Positions 8,136 through 15,800 of a DNA stretch of 20,826 bases are shown one piece after another; position 1 is the first letter of the stretch; each line of letters opens with the position of its first letter. A program made the position numbers and the translations under genes. The stretch is from Candidatus Iainarchaeum sp. (GTDB taxonomy: Archaea; Iainarchaeota; Iainarchaeia; Iainarchaeales; 0-14-0-20-30-16). Below the pieces are notes generated by a model. It was not told where the DNA came from, searched no databases, and saw nothing but the letters and a program-made list of their open reading frames with translations. The DNA is taken from contig CAIWXP010000181.1 of assembly GCA_903916665.1 (NCBI GenBank), forward strand, positions 1-20,826. Direction: 5' to 3'.

Positions 8136-8633
8136 CTAAAACCAAATCATTGTTAATATGCCACCAGGTATCCACGGAAATATCGTTCCCAAAGAAATTA
8201 ATATAACCGATATAATAAACATTGTTAATAATACATTAAATAAACCTAACTTAAATTTAAATTTATTCATTAAATAGGACCCTAAAAATATAAATAATTG
8301 TGCAAAAACAGTAACAATTAAGGCATATAATAGGAATTGGCCTATTAAATATAAAATAAATAATACAATATCAGGAGCATTTTGATAGCCTGTTAAAGGA
8401 AGTAAACCCAAAAAACTAGGCAGAAAATAAATTAAAGGCACCAATATTAACATTAAAATATAGGTAGAAATCAATGCAGATATGTTCCAACTTAGTTTTT
8501 TATTAAAAACTTTAAATAATAAATAGGTAGGATAGTATAAAATAGTTAAAATAACCATTAAAATTAAGGAGTACAATAATACGCTTCCTATTGTATATAA
8601 TATTGTATATAATAGTGTATTTACCTCTGCCAT
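8136..8633 (-). CDS. Small polytopic membrane protein (~5 TM), 165 aa, family unrecognised
   Basis: Almost entirely hydrophobic L/I/Y/F-rich helices. Its TAG stop lies 8 nt upstream of the giant gene's ATG, which suggests translational coupling. A TATA box lies 25 nt upstream of its ATG. Confidence 0.75.
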   Translation of the reverse strand: MAEVNTLLYTILYTIGSVLLYSLILMVILTILYYPTYLLFKVFNKKLSWNISALISTYILMLILVPLIYFLPSFLGLLPLTGYQNAPDIVLFILYLIGQFLLYALIVTVFAQLFIFLGSYLMNKFKFKLGLFNVLLTMFIISVILISLGTIFPWIPGGILTMIWF

Positions 8634-8653
8634 CTATAAAATAAGAAGCAAGG

Positions 8654-8662
8654 TATTTAAAA
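8654..8662. promoter_or_regulatory. Single quasi-palindromic TATA element (TATTTAAAA) in the centre of a 49-bp divergent intergenic region
   Basis: Its centre at 8658 is exactly 25 nt from the minus-strand ATG (8633) and 25 nt from the plus-strand ATG (8683). Confidence 0.4.
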
Positions 8663-8682
8663 CTATTTGTCTTTTTTTATTC

Positions 8683-9822
8683 ATGGCTATTAAAGAAATT
8701 GATAAATTAGTAGATATTTTATCTAAACAAAAAGATAAATACTCTGAGAAACAGATAAAAAATGCAATTTTAGCAGAAGGATATTCTGAGGATATGGCCA
8801 AGGACGTTTTAGCAAAAATCTATGCCAAGGATCAAAAACAAGAAGTTCCAATAGTAACAAAACAAGCTTCTAGATCCAGTGAAAGAGAAAAAGTAAAAAC
8901 AGACGAAATTAAATCTCAAGAACCAATAAAAGAAATTCCAAAAGAAGTTCCGCCAGCAATAAAACAAAATACTGATTATTATTCTGAAGTAAATTTATTG
9001 ATAGATCAATTAAAAGAAATAAACAAAGTAAAAAAAATGGATATTAGTACGCCTAATTTATTAAAAGATAACGAAATAATAACAACACAAAATAATAATT
9101 TACAAACTAATAACTTACAAAATAATTCTTCATCACAAATTAATTCCAATGATGTTAATCAACAAATAGAATTTAAAAAACAAGAATTAGCAAAAATAAA
9201 AATTGAAACAGAAGATGATGTAAAAATAATTATTAAAGATGGAACTATAATTAATTTAAACGATTATCCAAGAAGAGAATGGAGATCCTATAGAGATCAA
9301 GGAAAAAGTGTTGCAGAAAATAAAGAAGAACAAATGCAAAAAATAAGAATGGAAATTTATGCATTAAAAAGACAATCTGGAAGATCCCAAGAAGTTACAC
9401 AGGAAGAAAATATTTCAAAAAAGATTTCAGATAGAGTACGATTAAAAACAGGAAATAGAGTTCCTGAAAAAAGAATTGAAATTGCATCAAAAAACGAAGC
9501 CGAAAAATTAAGAGAAAAATATAAAAGTGAAGAAATAGAAAGAAAAGATTTAGATACTGCTGTTGAAAATATTTACACACAAATGATGAAAAATCCAAAT
9601 ATTTATGATGATGATAAAACATCAGAAAATACTAATTCACAAACTAATCAAACACAAAAACAAGAAAATAAAACCGCATCACAAAAAACAGATGAATTAA
9701 ATGATATGAGTTTAGATACTAATTTTAATTTGGATTCAAATAATTCAAATGATAATTCTGGAAATGGAGAATTTGATTTGGGTTTGGATTTAAGTTTAGA
9801 TGATAAAAAGAAGAAAAAATAA
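8683..9822 (+). CDS. Low-complexity K/E/N/Q-rich, probably disordered protein, 379 aa
   Basis: Complete ORF ATG..TAA. It has a short helical N-terminal module (IKNAILAEGYSEDMAKDVLAKIYA), then charged low-complexity sequence. The C-terminus is an acidic N/D/S-rich stretch ending GEFDLGLDLSLDDKKKKK. No TM segment or signal peptide. Confidence 0.65.
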   Translation: MAIKEIDKLVDILSKQKDKYSEKQIKNAILAEGYSEDMAKDVLAKIYAKDQKQEVPIVTKQASRSSEREKVKTDEIKSQEPIKEIPKEVPPAIKQNTDYYSEVNLLIDQLKEINKVKKMDISTPNLLKDNEIITTQNNNLQTNNLQNNSSSQINSNDVNQQIEFKKQELAKIKIETEDDVKIIIKDGTIINLNDYPRREWRSYRDQGKSVAENKEEQMQKIRMEIYALKRQSGRSQEVTQEENISKKISDRVRLKTGNRVPEKRIEIASKNEAEKLREKYKSEEIERKDLDTAVENIYTQMMKNPNIYDDDKTSENTNSQTNQTQKQENKTASQKTDELNDMSLDTNFNLDSNNSNDNSGNGEFDLGLDLSLDDKKKKK

Positions 9823-9844
9823 AATAAAAAATAATTAATTTAAA

Positions 9845-12800
9845 CTATGCAGTTTCTGTTGTACTTGGTGTTCTTAATGCTGCAATAAATGGGGTATTAC
9901 CTCTTGCTAATCTATGATCTGACAAACCTATTGCGGCCCAATCAAAACCAGGTAATGGATCATTTTTATTTCCATTTAATTCAAAATGTGCAACAACAGT
10001 TTTATCACTAACTTCTTTTAAAATATTTCTACTTTTTAAATTAGCCAATAAATTTTTTATTGCAACATGTTGTTCACTAGTATAGGGTTTTCCAGTATGT
10101 TTAAATGTACAATCTCTAATATCAAGACCTATAGAATAGGCATTTATTGATGAAAAAATACAAGTACTATCTGATGAACTACAACCAGCATGATTTGCGA
10201 CTTGACTTTCTGGAACAAAATTAAATATTGTTCCATCACAACCAACAAAATAATGTGATGAAACATTTAATCCTGCTGATTTCCACATTGTTAAAACAGC
10301 TTTTGCTGCACAGCTTTCATTGCTACCACAACTTTCCCAACCAGCACCGTCATGCAATACTACAAAACCAAATGCTTTTCTTGTATTACTATAATTTCCT
10401 TTTACTAAATCACCGTCATAGTAGGTTGAATTTAAAGCTATACCACCCAATGGTGCAGCACCTGAATTTAACATTAAATATTTTGATAATTCTGGACCTA
10501 ATTTATCTGAACTCAAACCAGAACTTGCAATGGGACCTGAATTTGAATCAGCACAGGCAACCCCATAACCTGTTTCTTTTGTTCTATATTGATTAACATA
10601 ATTTTTCACATTATTAATATATGCAACAGGACTATTTCCACCATCTCCTGCGGGCGCATAGATTGGAATTATTTGTTCCAAAGTATATTTTCCATCTTTC
10701 AAATAATGACTACTATTAGTAATATAATTATACCAACCTTTTATTGAATTTTCATAATTATCATAGGCACTCCATGCTCTATCTGTATTATATTTTGAAT
10801 CTGGCAATGCAATGTCAGTATAAACTATGTTTCCAATTCCTTTTGTTTTAACTGCAACACCTGCTTTTCCGTAGCCTGATTCTTGTCTAAAAAAAGCCAA
10901 TGCAAATGCAGGATCTATACCATATTGAACACCATATTTTACAAAATATTGACCACTACCTGCAGCAGGAGATCCTGCATCAGATAATATTTTATCAATT
11001 GTTTGTGCAGATAAAGAGGGCCCACCATTTATTCTTATATCAGATAATTCTGATGATGCTTTTACACAGGTAGAGCCAGATCCAGTACTTCCTGTTGAAG
11101 GATTTAAAGTATCTCTAGCAATGTATCCTTTGGTTGAATTTTCTAATTTACAAAATCCTAAAACATTGCTTGCATCTGTTGGTGTTATTACTGCGCTATA
11201 ACTTCCTGGACCACTATTTGTAACAATCATAACATAGCTTTGTTGTTTTACAAAAGTGTCTGGTAAAGTTATATCCATATTTAGTGCACCTTTTATTTCA
11301 CTGCTCATTGTTGCTGTCCAAACATTCTTATAGGTTAAAGTTGCAGCTTCTGCACTAATTACTCCTTTCAATAATCCTCTAAACATTTGTCCCCATCTTG
11401 AGTTTGCACTTAATTTCATTTTTTCCCAAGTTGATGACGGTGACAATGCACTTGCTGCATCTCCTAAATCTGTTGCAACTGTTTTTTTTGCAGCATCCAA
11501 TGCGGCATTCTTTGCAACTAATTCTGCATCTAATACTGCTGGTTTTGCTAATTCTGTTTCCAATGCAGTATATTTTGTTACTACTGCATCAAATTTTACT
11601 TTTTCTGCAGCAGTTAATGCTTTTATTTCAGTATCATAGGCGCCAGCTTTAAAATCAGCCCATTTAAAACTAGCCACTTTATTTCCACTTGCTGCGCTAT
11701 TCAAAACTCCTCTTGCACTATTTGCTTGAGAACCCATATTTGAAGTAATATCTCCAGCTACTCTTAATCCTGCTTTTTCTGTTGTTAATGTTTCAATTTC
11801 TGTTGTTAATTTAGCAACATCTTTTACTGATGTATTACCTGCTGTTGCTGCTAAATCTTTTATACTTTGTTGTTGCAAATCTGTTAATCCAACTTTAGTG
11901 TAAAAGTCTACAGCACTCATATTTTTCTTTGTAGCAATAGCACTTAAATTTTTATAGGCTTTTTCAAATCTAGGACTTGCACTTCTTAATGTTTTAAACA
12001 TTGTTGCTTCATCAGTAAATTTAGTAGGATCTAATTTTCCTGCAGTTACAGCTTCTGATAATGCGTCACTAAATTCTGTTACTGCATCTCTTTCAACTGC
12101 AGTTACTATCGCAGGTGATTTGTCAACAACAAATTGTTTTGCACCCTGCGGAACTGCTGTTGCAGCACCCAATGCAGCAGCACCACTATAACTTAAAGTA
12201 TCCTGTAAATTTTGTGCAGCTTTAGCAGGATCAGAATCTCCTGCGCCTTTTACTTTTTCATAGTCATCAAAAGCCCAACCAGTTAATGCAAAATTACTCA
12301 ATGCATCATGTACTGAATCATACCAAGCATGATCTGATCCTGGCAACCCCATTGCAACACTATTTCTATGATTTGCATAGGCACTAGTTGTTACTAAATC
12401 ACCCACAGTTAAACCACAGGTAAATAATGCCATACCCCAACTCCAAGGTCCCAAAACAGATTTTATACTTGTTAATCCTTCAGCAGCCATACATGCACCA
12501 AATGCTGCACCACCAGCTATTGCAGTTGCTTTCCAAAATTGACTATTAATTGTACTTGATAATGGTGCTAAATTACTTCCACTACATACTCCACTTGATG
12601 GTGTATGTCCTGTAATAAAAGGTGCTCCTTTTTTCTTATCCACAACTTCTTTGAAAACTTCACAACCATCTTTACTTGTGTTGCCACCTTGCCAATAGGT
12701 TTGTGCAAAATAATTTTTATTTTTCAATTCAGATGTTGAAACATTCATAACAAACATATAGGGTTCTACACCACAGGATTCAAAAGAAATTTTTTCAGAT

Positions 12801-15800
12801 TTTTCATCTCCATTAATTGGTTTTAAAATTAATTTTAATGGATCTGATTTACTATATTCAATTGCTTTACTTGGATCTGTAAAATTAATTTCTAAAATAT
12901 ATTCTTTTGATTGTCCACTAACAAAATTTACTGTTGAAACATTTGTTTCACTTTCATCAATTATTCTTGTAGTATAACCTTGAGGATTTGTAGGCTCAGT
13001 TAATAATTCTGCAGACCCTGCAGTTGGTCCAACAACAGAAAATTTAATTTGTTCTTTTCCAAATCCTGCTTTTACAGTTTTTTGTGCAACAGTTAAACCA
13101 TATTGTCCTGTTCTATCATCCGTTGCAGAAACAATTTGTGCTCCTTTATTATCTGAAGTTATACAACCAATATAGGCACCTTTCAAAAATGATTCAATTA
13201 ATTTAATTGCATCTTCTTTCTTATCTCTTACATCTATTGATTTATCTAAAGTAATAACTATTTGAGGAGTATCATCTGAACTTATTTTTGCTTCCATTGG
13301 ATGATTATTTAGAGTACCTCTTGTCAAATATAATGTATTTGCTTTTCCAGTAGCTAATCTTTCTTGACTAAATAATCTTTTTGAAACTTCTTTTGCAAAA
13401 GTATCATAGCTTCCTCTTAATGCAGTATCAAAATCTGTATAGGCTTGCATAAAACCATAGGTGTTTTCAACCGTTGATTTTGAATCCTTTGGTAAATATA
13501 ATGCACTATTTTGTATTTCTAAAGCACATTCTGGAGTTGCTTCATAGTCTGCTCTAATTAATACATTATAATAATCTTTTTGCATTACTCCATCTCTAAT
13601 TCCAAATGCACCTTCAAAACTAATTGTGTATTTTCCACATCTATTAATTTCTGAATCTACAAATAATCTATTAAACTGTGCTACACTTTGTTTTTCAATA
13701 TCAAAATTCTTTGTTGGTAAATAACTCACATCTTTTATTTCTTTTAATGAAGCTTGTAATATTTCTTTCAAATAACCTTCACCACTAATTGTATCATGCA
13801 TTAAATACATTGTAACGGGAGTCATTTCAACACCTATTTTTGCAAATGCACAACTCTGAGAACTTACATCGCAGGTTGTTGTTTTTATATTTTTTGTATA
13901 TTTTGATGCAATTGTTTTATAATTATTTACAAAACCAGTAATCTTACTTTGTAAAAATGTTGCAGCATCTTGACCATTACAATAATTTTGGGCACAGTCT
14001 GATCCAACCTTTGGTATTTTAACCATTTTCTTTGTTGTTTGACCACAGATACCAAATTCTTTTTCATCATAGGGAACTTTTTCATTTGATTGAGCAGCTC
14101 TACCTAAAACAAAATTAAAATTTAAATTCACACTATACTGTGTTCCTGTATTTTGTCCCTTTGCTAAAAATAAAATATTTTCCGCAGAATTCATTTCTTC
14201 GCCAGCATATAATGTTGATTTAACTTCCATTGTTTGTTTTGGTTGGATGGTAGTATTTTCAACGGTTATATTCAATTTAGTTTTATCTCTTATTGCTTTG
14301 TAAATTGGCATTTGTAATAATAGTGGTTCTGCACATTCATTTGTAATTGATATGTTTTTATTTTCCAATGTAACATCTAATTTTCCACTTCTAAAATATA
14401 TTTCATTGGTTGGAACATTTAATTTAAAACATTTGGGTGCAGAAACTGTAAAAAATATTGGAGTAACTGCAGTAACTGGTTTATTATCTATTGCACTGAA
14501 TGCAGATACTTTAACTGTTACAGCACTAACTACATTTGATTGTTGTATTCCCGGACCTTTTATTGTTAATTGTGACATTGCACTTTGATTAGGGTATAAT
14601 ACTGCAATTGTTCTTGGATTTGGAATTACTTGCGTATTAACAAATGTTTGACCACTGGTACCATTTGGATTCCATGAACTGGTTGGATTTATACTTGCAT
14701 CATACTGTGTTTGAGAATCACTTTGAGTTCTTACCTGCGGACCATTTAATGTTGGATTATAATATTCAGATTGTGGTGCATCACTATATGGCACACCTGC
14801 AGTATAGGGTGTTTGATTATAGGGCTGAGTCATAACTGTTATATTTCTCAATGGTACAGCACCTAAATTTGAAATAAATAATGGCATGGTTACATATTGC
14901 CCAGATGTTAAAGTTAATTGTGGATTTGATACACTAATTTGCATTGCTCCAAAACTATGTGTTAATTGTATATGCGTTGGAATTTGTTTCTTAAAAAAGC
15001 CTGTATCAATATTTACAAATGCCTCTATTTGTAATCCTTGAGCAGGCACTTCTGCTGTTGGTGATATTGTAAAACTTATTGTTTTAATTAACCCTTTATT
15101 TAGACTTACACTTGTACTTGAAAATGTTAAAATACTTATTAAACTATTATCATCTCTTAATATTAAATTAGGAGCTAAATTTACAAAATCTTCTTCACAT
15201 CTATTTTCTAAAGTTAGGTTTGCAGTATATTTTTCTTGCTGCGCATCAAAAAGATTTACTGCAATTTCATTAGGCGTTACTACTAAACAATCAGATTCTA
15301 AATCTGTATTTGAAATAAATGATAAATGTATTATTTGTCTTACTATTTCATTGCCATTTATTGTTCCGCTAATTACTAAATCTTGGTCACCATAAACTAC
15401 CTGTGGAGAATCAACGGTTACACTAACTAATAATTTTGTTGTTGATTGTGGCAATAAATTTGTTTTAATATATTTATAATTAACAACAAATGCTTTGGCA
15501 TCATCTCTTAATACTTGAAAACCTAAATTAGTAACTGGAAAATTTGATATGTTTGAAACATCAATTTCATAATCTCTTTGTAATTTTCCCTGTGGAATTC
15601 TAATTTCATGTTCTGTTTGAACACTTAAAACACCAAATCTAGAAACTATAAAACTACCTCTCGCAGTTACGTGTTGTGATGCTCTAACTTCATAGTTATA
15701 AACACCCGAAGGTAATGCATTTATTACATAGGATCCATTGGCACCTTTCTCATTTGTATTATCTCCTTTTAATAATACATTTGTAGTTCCATTATCTTCA

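Noticed and set aside
8128-8175. Track start of the giant ORF at 8175 (MDTWWHINNDLVLVIG...)
   Set aside because: It would overlap the 3' end of the 165-aa gene by 40 nt and put 16 non-signal residues before an obvious signal peptide. ATG 8127 (MKFIYLLPLF...) gives a canonical signal peptide and an 8-nt gap.
9395-9622. 75-aa minus-strand ORF inside the 379-aa K/E-rich gene
   Set aside because: It is the antisense of a purine-rich coding strand (poly-F/L product), and nothing supports it independently.
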